A program made the translations under genes and the position numbers. From an uncultured Treponema sp. (GTDB lineage Bacteria; Spirochaetota; Spirochaetia; Treponematales; Treponemataceae), in the NCBI GenBank assembly GCA_964547685.1, contig CAZJOU010000001.1:17911-60291 (forward strand): 42,381 nucleotides of DNA, given 5' to 3'. A model generated the notes under the pieces. The model saw only the letters and a program-made list of their open reading frames with translations, was not told where the DNA came from and made no database searches. Below, piece after piece: positions 8,658-18,323 of this stretch (position 1 is the stretch's first letter; each line of letters begins with the position of its first letter).

Positions 8658-9761
8658 TTACAAAGAATTTAATTCTTCTCTAAAAACATTATCGGCATCA
8701 GAAGCGTTTACCGTTCGTATTATTTTGCCTTTTTTAAAAATAATTGCTTTTCCGCCGGCTCCAGCAATTCCAATATCGGCGTGTTTTCCTTCGCCAGGTC
8801 CGTTTACAACGCAACCCATAACAGCAACTGTAATATCTTTTTTCATTCCTAAAAGTTCATTTTGCCAACGATTTACAAATGCGTGAACATCAAAACCTTC
8901 GCGACCACAACGCGGACAAGAAACTATAGTTACGCCACCTTTTCGTTTTCCTGTTTCGTGTAAAATTTCGCGTCCGGTAATAACTTCGTTTTCTGGCGAA
9001 GAAGAAAGGCTTACTCTAATTGTGCTACCAATTCCTTCTTTTAAAAGATAAGTAAACGCCATTGTAGATTTTACAATTCCTGTAATTAAAGGTCCGGCTT
9101 CTGTAACGCCAATATGAAGCGGAACATCGTACTTTTTTGCAAATTCTTCGTTTGCTTCTATTGTTTCTTGAACGCTAGATGCTTTCATACTTACAACATA
9201 TTGACTAAATTTTAACTCTTCAAATACTTCTGCTTCGCGCGCCGCAGTTTCGGCAAGTGCTTTTGCTCTAGACATTTTATTTTGTTCTACAAGTTGTTCC
9301 AAATCTTTAGGAAGACTTCCTGTGTTTACGCCAATTCTTATTGCTGAACCTTTTTCGCGGCAAGCATTTACAACTTCTTCTACTTTTTGGCGATTTCCTA
9401 TATTTCCTGGATTTATTCGTATTGCAGCAACGTTGCCTTTTAAACATTCAAGAGCAAGTCTGTGGTCAAAATGAATATCTGCAACTAAAGGCATATCTGT
9501 ATTAGATTGAATTTTTACAAGACTTTTTGCAGATTTTACGTCTGGCACAGCAAAGCGCAAAATATCGCAACCAAGCATTTTTAAATTATTGATTTGTTTT
9601 ATAAGTTCAGAAAGTTTTTTATCGTTTTCGTAAATATCTGTAATTCCTTCTTTCCACATTGTCTGAATTGAAACTGGTTCGTTTCCGCCAAGTCCAATCC
9701 TTTTTATATTTCCGTTTCCACCTAAATAAACTGTTCGTGGCTTTAAAAATTTCGTTTCCAT
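8658..9761 (-). CDS. ispG: 4-hydroxy-3-methylbut-2-en-1-yl diphosphate synthase (MEP pathway)
   Basis: PLVADIHFD, IRINPGNIG, IRIGVNTGSL, PLHIGVTEAG, SCPRCGR and MGCVVNGPGE motifs. Confidence 0.97.
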   Translation of the reverse strand: METKFLKPRTVYLGGNGNIKRIGLGGNEPVSIQTMWKEGITDIYENDKKLSELIKQINNLKMLGCDILRFAVPDVKSAKSLVKIQSNTDMPLVADIHFDHRLALECLKGNVAAIRINPGNIGNRQKVEEVVNACREKGSAIRIGVNTGSLPKDLEQLVEQNKMSRAKALAETAAREAEVFEELKFSQYVVSMKASSVQETIEANEEFAKKYDVPLHIGVTEAGPLITGIVKSTMAFTYLLKEGIGSTIRVSLSSSPENEVITGREILHETGKRKGGVTIVSCPRCGREGFDVHAFVNRWQNELLGMKKDITVAVMGCVVNGPGEGKHADIGIAGAGGKAIIFKKGKIIRTVNASDADNVFREELNSL

Positions 9762-9767
9762 AAATCA

Positions 9768-9773
9768 ATTATA
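9768..9773 (-). promoter_or_regulatory. sigma70 -10 box, candidate leaderless promoter of ispG
   Basis: TATAAT 6 nt before the ATG on the minus strand; no SD; lies just downstream of the ATPase terminator. Confidence 0.6.
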
Positions 9774-9789
9774 CAATATCAAGTTAAAT

Positions 9790-9839
9790 AAAAAAAGTCT
9801 GTTCATAATGAAGTTCACTTCATCATGAACAGACTTTTT
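9790..9839 (-). terminator. Intrinsic terminator of the V/A-ATPase operon (long hairpin)
   Basis: AAAAAGTCTGTTCAT-A-ATGAAGT-TC-ACTTCAT-C-ATGAACAGACTTTTT: 22 bp stem with one mismatch, T-run on both strands. Confidence 0.85.
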
Positions 9840-9856
9840 ATAATATGATTTAAGAC

Positions 9857-10288
9857 TTAAGCAATCATAGAGAATACCATTACGAACAACGCAACAGTTT
9901 CGCAAAGACCTACAACCATAATGTACTGAGCAAATCCTTTTCCGGTTTCACCAAGCGCATCACTACCTGCGGCACCTGCTTTTCCCTGAGCAACAGCAGA
10001 AAACAACATACCAAATCCAGAAGCAATTCCAAGACCAAGCGCAGTTGCTGGATCCATTGCGCCAGATGTTACTTTGCCAGCCATTGACTGCATAAGAAGG
10101 AAACCGTAAATAGTCTGTGTCAAAGGCGCACCAGCAAATACTGTAAGAATAAACGGAGCAGGTTTATTGTTTACATAACAACGTTTCCATGCGCCAATTG
10201 CGCCCTGACCTGCAATTCCAATTCCAATAGCCGAACCAATAGCAGCAATACCCATACAAAGAGCAGCACCTAACAATCCAAAATTCAT
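9857..10288 (-). CDS. atpK: V/A-type ATPase subunit K (proteolipid, 4 TM)
   Basis: Start moved to the ATG at 10288 (MNFGLLG) with AGGAG SD. Motifs GAPLTQTIYG, SAVAQG and GLCET. Confidence 0.93.
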   Translation of the reverse strand: MNFGLLGAALCMGIAAIGSAIGIGIAGQGAIGAWKRCYVNNKPAPFILTVFAGAPLTQTIYGFLLMQSMAGKVTSGAMDPATALGLGIASGFGMLFSAVAQGKAGAAGSDALGETGKGFAQYIMVVGLCETVALFVMVFSMIA

Positions 10289-10340
10289 AATTAAACTCCT
10301 ATAGCAAAACAAAGCATTTTCTTAGTTTTGCAGAATCATT

Positions 10341-12266
10341 TTATTTTTTATCTTCCGTTTCTGAAAACGGAGCATATTTAAAGCCAGACCATGACATTCC
10401 CAAGTGATTTGAGAATTCCAACGTATTTAAACGAACACCGTGAACAATTACAGAAAGCAAGTTCAATACCATATTCAATCCGTGTCCGAACACAAGCAAC
10501 AAAACTGCTAGCAAGAACAAAACAGCATGACCTAAAATAGGACCAGCCATTGTGTTTACGGTATTAGAAATAGCCGCACCAGCAAGTCCAACTGCCCAAA
10601 GTCTGATGTACGAAACAATATCCGAAAATACGTTTACAACACCAAGCAAGACAGAAATAATATTTTTACAACTTTCAAGTATAGACTTTCCTACACTTCC
10701 TTCGTAATTGCTAAAAATAAAACTTAATGTAAATCCAACGGCAACAAGCGTAATAGAAACTTTTCCAATTGGAATTCCATAAACAATTTCATTAAAAGCA
10801 AAAATAGAAGAACTTACAACCATATTAAGAACTACGTAGAACATTCCCCAAAGTTGTAATAGCGAACCAAGTTCGCCCAAAACTTTTAAAGATTTGTGGT
10901 AGCGTATCATTCCTTTTATGTGTGCAATAGAAAGTTGCAAAAATCCCAAGGTAAAACAGAAAATTTGCAAATTTTGCGCAGTTGTAAGCGTTCCTTTAGA
11001 AACATCGTTAGACCAGAAAGGAAGCCAAGTTGCGTCGCTAGCATTAGAAAGCGGCGAAACAGAAAGATTTACAAGCCAAGTTGGAAGTTGCTGTGGAGTA
11101 AGACCAAACCAAGTACAAGTAACAATTCCCCAAACAACAGTTGCAATTCCTAAAAGTAGCACAAGCGACATAATTGGTTGAACTTTCTGTTTTTTTGCAA
11201 CAGACTTAAGAATTAAAATTAAAGCGGCAATCGTTACAAGTAAACCGTAACCGCCGTCTCCAAAAATCATTCCAAAGAAAATTGTAAAGAATAACAAGAA
11301 CCAGCCAGAAATATCATATTCATGATAACCTGGAACTGTTCCCAAAAAGTCCGTAAGTGGATAAATTAAACTTACAAATTTATTATTCTTTAGTTTTGTA
11401 GGAACTTCATCATCATCACTAGGATCTGAATATGCAAGTGCCCAACTGTTAACCTTTACAGCGTTTTTTAATTCGTCAAGACTATCAACGGGAACATAAC
11501 CAGAAAGCCAAGCAAGATCCGTTTCTTTTCCGTCATTTTCTTGTCCCATTCCAGAATAAATTGTTTCAAATTCAATATCTGATTCCAAAGTATTCTTTAA
11601 GGCTTCCATTTGAGGAATGTAATAAGCAAGTTCTGCAAATTTTGCGTCAATTTCTTTAATTTCTGCATTATCTTTTTTTACTTGTTCATTTAATTCATCA
11701 GTAGAAACTTCTGGCATTGGAACTTCAAACGCTTCTGCAGGAATTCCAGCAGGACGTTCATCTGTAGCGTCTAGCAACAAAAAGCGAACAACTTTTTTGT
11801 AGCGATTTACACAAATTGTTTTTGAATTTTCATCAATAAGATTGTACTTATCTTCTGGAATTTCGTACATTTTTAACGAAATACCTTTTTCTTTTAGGTA
11901 AGCAAAATCTTTTGGCGAAACACTTCCCCACAAAGCAAAACGTTCTAATTCTGTTGAATCGCTTGAAATTTCTTCTTGAAGTTTTTTCTTTTGTTCAGAA
12001 AGAGCAATTACTTCTTTGCATTTTTTAGAAATTTCTTCGTTAGAAAGATTTGCAGGTTTTGCATGCTTTTTAGAAAGTTTTACATCGCTTAGCAAAGAAA
12101 CAGCCGAAACAGCATTGTTTGACGCTTCCTTAAAAGCGGCTAACTGTTCGCCTTTTCCTTCTAATTGTTCAAGATGCACAACTCCAAGTTTTTTAAGCTG
12201 TTTTAATGCTTCTTTTCGCTCTTTATTAAGAACTACGATAGAGACTTTTTTCATTTGTACAATCAT
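10341..12266 (-). CDS. atpI: V/A-type ATPase subunit I
   Basis: FFGMIFGDGGYG, SDIVSYIRLWAVGLA and VHGVRLNTLEF motifs. Confidence 0.95.
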   Translation of the reverse strand: MIVQMKKVSIVVLNKERKEALKQLKKLGVVHLEQLEGKGEQLAAFKEASNNAVSAVSLLSDVKLSKKHAKPANLSNEEISKKCKEVIALSEQKKKLQEEISSDSTELERFALWGSVSPKDFAYLKEKGISLKMYEIPEDKYNLIDENSKTICVNRYKKVVRFLLLDATDERPAGIPAEAFEVPMPEVSTDELNEQVKKDNAEIKEIDAKFAELAYYIPQMEALKNTLESDIEFETIYSGMGQENDGKETDLAWLSGYVPVDSLDELKNAVKVNSWALAYSDPSDDDEVPTKLKNNKFVSLIYPLTDFLGTVPGYHEYDISGWFLLFFTIFFGMIFGDGGYGLLVTIAALILILKSVAKKQKVQPIMSLVLLLGIATVVWGIVTCTWFGLTPQQLPTWLVNLSVSPLSNASDATWLPFWSNDVSKGTLTTAQNLQIFCFTLGFLQLSIAHIKGMIRYHKSLKVLGELGSLLQLWGMFYVVLNMVVSSSIFAFNEIVYGIPIGKVSITLVAVGFTLSFIFSNYEGSVGKSILESCKNIISVLLGVVNVFSDIVSYIRLWAVGLAGAAISNTVNTMAGPILGHAVLFLLAVLLLVFGHGLNMVLNLLSVIVHGVRLNTLEFSNHLGMSWSGFKYAPFSETEDKK

Positions 12267-12886
12267 TCAGAAGCCTCCTTTTTAGCATCGGATACAGCCT
12301 GAAGTTTTTTCTTAGAAATTTTACTGCGAACAACTGCCGCAACTTGTTCATCTCCAAGATAAACCGAAATTTTTTTAATATTTGCCTTTGTTTCAGGAAT
12401 TTTAACCTTTTCAAAAAGATTTACGCGCTGAGTTGTTGTGCGTAATTCCTGCGAAAGAAGCCGAACTTGTTCATCAAGAACTTCTGCTTCAAGATCCAAA
12501 GACAATGCTTTTTCCATTCTGTCAGCAGCCATGTCTATCCATAAAGGAGTTTCGTACAAATCGTAGTCGCCACGGCTAAAATCTGCGCCTTCGTAAACAG
12601 GAATTGTAACACCGGCAATATTGCCTACGCCTTTTTTTATGTTTTTAACGGTTACCATTCCTGGCTTAAACGCATCTGCTTCGCCAAAAACAGAAATCCA
12701 TTCATCGAATTCCTTTTCTAACTGTTCACGCTGGGCGCGAACGGCTTTGGCTTTTGCGTCTATTGTACGAATTTCTGTTTGGAGCTGCTGTTTTTTAAGC
12801 GTAAGAGTCGGAAGATAGCGCTGATACATTTTTAGCGCATCTTTTTGAACCTTTTGCTCATTTTTAGTCAGCTTTAATTTTGCCAT
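12263..12886 (-). CDS. atpD: V/A-type ATPase subunit D
   Basis: YLPTLTLKKQQL and ELRTTTQRVNLFEKVKIP motifs. Confidence 0.95.
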   Translation of the reverse strand: MAKLKLTKNEQKVQKDALKMYQRYLPTLTLKKQQLQTEIRTIDAKAKAVRAQREQLEKEFDEWISVFGEADAFKPGMVTVKNIKKGVGNIAGVTIPVYEGADFSRGDYDLYETPLWIDMAADRMEKALSLDLEAEVLDEQVRLLSQELRTTTQRVNLFEKVKIPETKANIKKISVYLGDEQVAAVVRSKISKKKLQAVSDAKKEASE

Positions 12887-12901
12887 ACAGTTTCCTTTTT
12901 T

Positions 12902-14200
12902 CTAGTTCTTTTTAGGCCAATATTTTTCTACAAGAGCTGTTTTAATTCCAGTTTCCGAAGGTTCAAAACAATCAGAAAGAATTTTCCAGCCAAGATCCAA
13001 AGCGTCTTCCAATTTTATATTTTTTGAAAGGTCCATCATTTCGTCTTCAAATTCTTTGCCATATGCAAGAAGTTTTTCGTCCCAAGCAGACATATTGAAA
13101 CCCATAGATTTCTTTTCCAATGTGTCTTTATAGTTTGAATAAAGACGAATCATACCGTCCATAAGCGCACGGTGGTCATCGCGAGTAGAACTATTTACAT
13201 TCTGCTTTAAGCGCGAAAGGGAACCAAACGGTTCAATTCGTCCGCCTTTTAAGTAATACTGACCTTCTGTAATATAACCTGTGTTATCTGGAACTGGGTG
13301 AGTTACATCGTCGCCAGGCATTGTAGTTACGGCAAGAACTGTAACTGAACCTGCGCCTTCAAAGTCTACGGCTTTTTCGTAACGACTAGCAAGTTGCGAA
13401 TACAAATCTCCAGGATAACCACGGTTAGAAGGAACTTGTTCCTGTGTAATAGCAATTTCCTTTAAGGAATCTGCAAAGTTTGTCATATCTGTAAGAAGGA
13501 CAAGAACGTCTTTTCCTTGAAGAGCAAATTGTTCTGCAACAGCAAGCGAAAGGTCTGGAATTTTTTGACATTCTACGGTTGGATCCGCAGCAGTATGAAT
13601 GAACATAACTGTTTTAGAAAGAGCACCACCGTTTTCCAAAGTGTCCTTAAAGTACAAATAATCATCGTATTTAAGTCCCATTCCGCCAAGAACAATTACA
13701 TCAACTTCTGCCTGCATAGCAATACGAGCAAGAAGTTGGTTGTAAGGTTCTCCAGAAATAGAGAAAATCGGCAATTTTTGCGAAACAACAAGCGTATTGA
13801 ACATATCAATCATTGGAATACCAGTGCGAATCATACGCTTTGCCATAATACGTTTTGCAGGGTTTACAGAAGGACCGCCAATAGCAACAAGGTTATCTGT
13901 TAGCGTAGGTCCATTGTCGCGTGGTTCAGCAGAACCATTAAAAATTCGTCCCAAAAGATTATCGCTAAACGAAACTTCCATTCTGTGTCCAAGAAAACGA
14001 ATGTGGTCACCAGTAGAAACACCGCGTCCGCCGGCAAAAACCTGAAGCGAAACTGTATCTCCGTCAATTTTGTTTACTTCGGCAAGAGATTTACCGAAAG
14101 ATGTTTCTATTTCTGCAAGTTCACCGTAAGCCACGTTATCTGCTTTTACAGTAATAACGGAACCTACAATTGATTCAATTCGGCTATAAATCTTACTCAT
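12902..14200 (-). CDS. atpB: V/A-type ATPase subunit B
   Basis: [19 protein letters not shown] and [15 protein letters not shown] motifs. Start placed at the ATG at 14200 (MSKIY), overlapping the end of atpA. Confidence 0.95.
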   Translation of the reverse strand: MSKIYSRIESIVGSVITVKADNVAYGELAEIETSFGKSLAEVNKIDGDTVSLQVFAGGRGVSTGDHIRFLGHRMEVSFSDNLLGRIFNGSAEPRDNGPTLTDNLVAIGGPSVNPAKRIMAKRMIRTGIPMIDMFNTLVVSQKLPIFSISGEPYNQLLARIAMQAEVDVIVLGGMGLKYDDYLYFKDTLENGGALSKTVMFIHTAADPTVECQKIPDLSLAVAEQFALQGKDVLVLLTDMTNFADSLKEIAITQEQVPSNRGYPGDLYSQLASRYEKAVDFEGAGSVTVLAVTTMPGDDVTHPVPDNTGYITEGQYYLKGGRIEPFGSLSRLKQNVNSSTRDDHRALMDGMIRLYSNYKDTLEKKSMGFNMSAWDEKLLAYGKEFEDEMMDLSKNIKLEDALDLGWKILSDCFEPSETGIKTALVEKYWPKKN

Positions 14201-15968
14201 TTTCACCACCTTTAAGCATTTCTACTAGCTCAGGCTTTACAGTGCCTTTTTTAGATGCATACAAGTCATCAATTTCTTTTTCTGTTGACTTGAATTCTGG
14301 CGTATTCCAAGCAATGTAGTTCCAGTCCAAACTCTTTTGTCGCAACTGATTAAAGAATGAACGAGCTTCGTCTTTATCTTTTAATTCAAAATCAGAAGCA
14401 AGAATTGTTAGAACTTTCTTAAAAGTATAAGTTTGGCGTTCAACGCTAACAGCAGCATCTACTTCATCAAAAGAGTTTTGCTGGAAGTAAACTGAATCAA
14501 GATATTCGCTCTTCATATAAGTAACGAAATCTTCTGTTGTAGTTCCTTCTTCGCCAACAACTTTCATCATTTGGTTTACTTCTACGCCGGCTTTATAAAG
14601 ATTTCTTGCGTAATTTACCCAATCTTCACGAATAACAGATTTATATTTTGACCAAGAGTTAATTGGGTCAATAGCAGGGAATTTTCGTGCATCTGAACGT
14701 TCGCGTGTAAGTCCGTGGAAACCACCAACAACTTTTAACGTTGCTTGTGTAACTGGTTCTTCAAAGTTACCGCCCGCTGGCGAAACTGTACCACCAATAG
14801 TAACAGAACCTTTTGAACCATCGCGAAGTCGAACATAACCAGCACGTTCGTAAAATGCTGCAATGTAAGATTCAAGATATGCAGGGAACGCTTCTTCGCC
14901 AGGAATTTCTTCCAAACGACCAGACATTTCTCGCAAAGCCTGCGCCCAACGAGAAGTTGAGTCTGCAAGAAGAAGAACGTGTAAACCCATTTGTCTGTAA
15001 TATTCTGCCAAAGTAACAGATGTGTAAACAGACGCTTCGCGCGAAGCAACTGGCATTGATGAAGTGTTACAAATAATAATTGTTCGCTTCATCAAAGATT
15101 CGCCCGTTCTTGGGTCTGTAAGTTCTGGGAATTCCTTAATTGTTTCTACAACTTCACCAGCACGTTCACCGCAGGCAGCAATAATTACAATATCAACATC
15201 GGCGTTTCGGCTAGTTGTATGCTGAATAACAGTTTTACCAGCACCAAAAGGACCAGGAATACAATAAGTTCCGCCTTTTGCAACTGGGAAGAACGTATCT
15301 ATAAGACGAGTTTTTGTAACCATTGTTTCTGTTGGAGCAAGACGTTCTGCATAACAGTCAACAGCACGCTTTACTGGCCATTCAAAGCACATTGTAAGAG
15401 TGTGGTCGTTACCCTTTTCGTCTGTTACAACAGCCATTTTATCTGTAATTGTATAAGAACCAGCAGGAGTTACTTCTTTTACTGTATAAGTTCCCAAAAG
15501 TCCAAAAGGAACAAGAATTTTATGAGTAAAAGGTCCTTCTGGAACTGAGCCAATTGGGTCACCACGGAAAACTTTATCACCTGGTTTTACAGAAGGTGTC
15601 CAATCCCATTTAGTTTCTTTATTAAGAGGATCTACATAAATACCTCTTTCCAAAAAGAAGCCTGCTTTTTCTGCAACAAGCGGAAGCGGATTTTGAAGAC
15701 CATCGTAAATTTGGCCAAGAAGTCCAGGACCAAGCATAGCACAAAGCATATTTCCTGCAAATTCAACTGGGTCGCCAGCTTTTATACCTTGTGTCATTTC
15801 AAAAATCTGTAGTTGGGCTACGTCACCGCGAATTCGGATAACTTCACCACGAAGTTTTTTACCTTCTACGCTAACGTAAGCAACTTCGTTCATGGAAATG
15901 TTTCCGTCAAACTTAACAGAAACCATGTTTCCATTAATACCGACTACTTTACCTTTTGTTTCTGTCAT
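14193..15968 (-). CDS. atpA: V/A-type ATPase subunit A (catalytic)
   Basis: Walker [29 protein letters not shown] and [14 protein letters not shown] motifs. Confidence 0.97.
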   Translation of the reverse strand: MTETKGKVVGINGNMVSVKFDGNISMNEVAYVSVEGKKLRGEVIRIRGDVAQLQIFEMTQGIKAGDPVEFAGNMLCAMLGPGLLGQIYDGLQNPLPLVAEKAGFFLERGIYVDPLNKETKWDWTPSVKPGDKVFRGDPIGSVPEGPFTHKILVPFGLLGTYTVKEVTPAGSYTITDKMAVVTDEKGNDHTLTMCFEWPVKRAVDCYAERLAPTETMVTKTRLIDTFFPVAKGGTYCIPGPFGAGKTVIQHTTSRNADVDIVIIAACGERAGEVVETIKEFPELTDPRTGESLMKRTIIICNTSSMPVASREASVYTSVTLAEYYRQMGLHVLLLADSTSRWAQALREMSGRLEEIPGEEAFPAYLESYIAAFYERAGYVRLRDGSKGSVTIGGTVSPAGGNFEEPVTQATLKVVGGFHGLTRERSDARKFPAIDPINSWSKYKSVIREDWVNYARNLYKAGVEVNQMMKVVGEEGTTTEDFVTYMKSEYLDSVYFQQNSFDEVDAAVSVERQTYTFKKVLTILASDFELKDKDEARSFFNQLRQKSLDWNYIAWNTPEFKSTEKEIDDLYASKKGTVKPELVEMLKGGENE

Positions 15969-16510
15969 ATAGTTTCTCCAAGTATAGTATCGTATATTTT
16001 GTGATAAGAATCTGTTCCCTTTTCTTTATCAAATTTTCTGCTTCTTTCTAACAACATAAGGCGGATTCCATAAGCAAAAACCGCATCTGTAGAAAAATAA
16101 TCCATTGGCTGAAGCGTATTTAAAACGCTTAGTCTGTATTCGTAAAGAAATTGCTCTGCAGAAAGAGGACTGTCCATTCCAACCGCTGTTCTAGCAGCCT
16201 GAACAACATCGGCTTGCACAGAAACTGGAATTGAACCAAAATCTTTTTTCATTTTTTGAGCGCGAATTTGAGCAAGAGCATAACGCAAAGAACGTTCAAA
16301 ACTGTACCATTTATCCAAGAAGTCAGAACCGGTTGATTCTGGAAGTTTTGGCGCTTCTAGCGAAAGTTTGTCCAAAATTTTCATTTGATTTGAATCAAAA
16401 AATCGGGAACATAAATCTCTGTAATATTTTTCGGTAATTGGCAGCGTAGATTTTTCTCCAGCAGCAGAAATATCAGGAAGCTGCGAAACCAAATAATATT
16501 GTTTTTTCAC
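15965..16510 (-). CDS. DUF2764-family protein (V-ATPase subunit C-like)
   Basis: YYLVSQLP N terminus; sits between subunits E and A; GTG start overlapping the atpE stop. Confidence 0.8.
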   Translation of the reverse strand: MKKQYYLVSQLPDISAAGEKSTLPITEKYYRDLCSRFFDSNQMKILDKLSLEAPKLPESTGSDFLDKWYSFERSLRYALAQIRAQKMKKDFGSIPVSVQADVVQAARTAVGMDSPLSAEQFLYEYRLSVLNTLQPMDYFSTDAVFAYGIRLMLLERSRKFDKEKGTDSYHKIYDTILGETI

Positions 16511-17130
16511 TAACTATTTCCTTTTGCAGCGTCTTTCATAACGGCTGCAACACGAGGATTTAGATATGCAGAGAACAAATCTGCAACTGATTCTGCTGAA
16601 TAATCATAGAATGCAGCTCCATTATTTACGCCGATTCTAAATCCGGCAGAAAGCGTACTGTCTGGCTTAATTTCCAATCCTTTAGAAATTTCTGCTTTTA
16701 AGGCAGCCTTTAATCCATCTTCCAAAGATTTTAAATCTTTTTCGCTAAGTAAAACAGAAAGTTCAGAAGCATCAGCATTTTTGCTCCAAGCTTTAACCGT
16801 TTCTGGAATTAAAGATTTCATTAATTCTGGCGAATAAGCTTTTGCTGATTCAGATTTAATAAAACTGTCTAATTCAGCAACCAAAGAATCACGGAATGTA
16901 ATAAGCATATTGCGACAAGCCTGAGAAAGCGCATCTGTGCTAGCTTTTTCCAATCGCGCAATTTCTGCTTTTGCGTTCTTAATCATGTCATCTGATTTTT
17001 TTTGTGCTTCATCAACAATAGATGCAGCTTTTTTTTCTGCATCGGCGGTAATTTGACTAGCAGCGGTTTCTGCACTAGAAACTCCGTCTTTTTTTATTTT
17101 GTCAATTAGCTCTTGTAACTGAAAATCCAT
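16510..17130 (-). CDS. atpE: V/A-type ATPase subunit E
   Basis: LQELIDKIKKDGV start, coiled coil, GFRIG...YDYS...YLNPR; first gene of the operon. Confidence 0.9.
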   Translation of the reverse strand: MDFQLQELIDKIKKDGVSSAETAASQITADAEKKAASIVDEAQKKSDDMIKNAKAEIARLEKASTDALSQACRNMLITFRDSLVAELDSFIKSESAKAYSPELMKSLIPETVKAWSKNADASELSVLLSEKDLKSLEDGLKAALKAEISKGLEIKPDSTLSAGFRIGVNNGAAFYDYSAESVADLFSAYLNPRVAAVMKDAAKGNS

Positions 17131-17168
17131 TTTTACCCCACTAAAGTTGTTTAAAAAATGTTATTTAA

Positions 17169-17197
17169 AGTATAATCCAAAAAATCTAAAAGACCAA
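17169..17197 (-). promoter_or_regulatory. sigma70-type promoter of the ATPase operon
   Basis: TTGGTC (17197-17192)-17 nt-TATACT (17174-17169); GGGG SD-like element before the ATG. Confidence 0.65.
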
Positions 17198-17264
17198 CAA
17201 AATTTAGTTTAAATTTGAAATATTTTTATTGTTTTTTCTCATTAAGTGCAGGATTAAAAATAGC

Positions 17265-17987
17265 CTAAATTCTACCTTCTATCGAAAGTACAAATTGAAC
17301 TTCTGTAGCGGAACAGCCTAACTCTTTTATTATTGTTTCTGTTGAATAGCCTTGGTCAAAAAGTTTTAGGATTTTTGTTTTTAAGTCGTCTTCGCTTTTT
17401 CCTAAATCTATTGGCTGTTCTGGAACAAAAACTTTAGGACTTACGACCGGAATTTCTGCGTAAGATTCGCCAGTTTCGTTTACAATAACTTCTGTATTTG
17501 AAGCAATTTCGTTTTCTTCTTTATTTTGCGCATAATCTGTTTTTTCGTTAAAAAGCGTTGTTTGTAGCGGTTCAGCCGAAAATCGTTCGCCAGAGCGCGT
17601 AAGAACAACTGTATCTTCCGAATCTAAATGATGTTTTGCTTTGTTTCGCTCATAAGCAGTTATTGCCGTTTTTTTTGTAGCAGAAACGCTTTTTCCGTTA
17701 ACTTTTTCGCTTACTTTAGAAGTTGTTCCAATTTTATTTTCTAAATCCATTAAAAGTCGTATTTTTTTATCTGTTTCCGCATTTAACGCTTTTAATCTAT
17801 TTGCTGTATTTTCGTAAACGCTTAAATTTCGTTCTGTTTGATGATTTAAATCTGCTAAAATTTTATTAATTTCGTCTTTTGTCGTAGAAACAATATCGTC
17901 TGTAGAAAAAAGATTTTTAAAATGGCGAAGAAAAACAATCCACATAACTACGTTAAAAACGCAAATCAATATAAGAACTATTTTCAA
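17265..17987 (-). CDS. Hypothetical membrane-anchored protein with coiled coil and C-terminal HTH (DUF6115-like, flagellar-operon associated)
   Basis: N-terminal TM and C-terminal ILKLFDQGYSTETIIKELGCSATEVQFVL. TTG start with GAGGTG SD. Confidence 0.65.
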   Translation of the reverse strand: MKIVLILICVFNVVMWIVFLRHFKNLFSTDDIVSTTKDEINKILADLNHQTERNLSVYENTANRLKALNAETDKKIRLLMDLENKIGTTSKVSEKVNGKSVSATKKTAITAYERNKAKHHLDSEDTVVLTRSGERFSAEPLQTTLFNEKTDYAQNKEENEIASNTEVIVNETGESYAEIPVVSPKVFVPEQPIDLGKSEDDLKTKILKLFDQGYSTETIIKELGCSATEVQFVLSIEGRI

Positions 17988-17993
17988 GAAAAA

Positions 17994-18323
17994 TCACCTC
18001 GTAATATCTATGTGTTGACCCAAATAAGATTCTTTTAGTCGATATTTTTTTGAATCGTCATCTGAATCTTTATCTTTTTCGCCACTTTCTTTTTTTTCAG
18101 AATTAAAAAGATTTCCGTTTTTTCCATTTTGATTAACAGAAGATGCACCTTCTTGTTTTTCGGATTCTTGAACTTTTTTACTTTGCTCTTCTATTTGTTC
18201 CGTAATTTCTTTACGCTGAGCGTTTTGCGCCGCCTGCAAACTTTGTTCAGCACCAGTAACTTTATTTGCTACATTAGAAATTTGCGAATACATTGTTTGT
18301 AAATCTAACGGCTGAAGTCCCAT
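17994..18323 (-). CDS. Small conserved hypothetical protein downstream of fapA
   Basis: 109 aa; LQPLDLQ N terminus and LGQHIDITR C terminus; start overlaps the fapA stop. Confidence 0.7.
   Translation of the reverse strand: MGLQPLDLQTMYSQISNVANKVTGAEQSLQAAQNAQRKEITEQIEEQSKKVQESEKQEGASSVNQNGKNGNLFNSEKKESGEKDKDSDDDSKKYRLKESYLGQHIDITR

Noticed and set aside
9790-9839. Unusually long palindrome as a mobile element or sRNA
   Set aside because: Its position just after the atpK stop and its U-tail are adequately explained by an intrinsic terminator, and there is no second copy in the window.
14193-15968. Possible intein in ATPase subunit A (a known intein hotspot)
   Set aside because: Length is normal (591 aa) and the sequence is continuous through Walker A.
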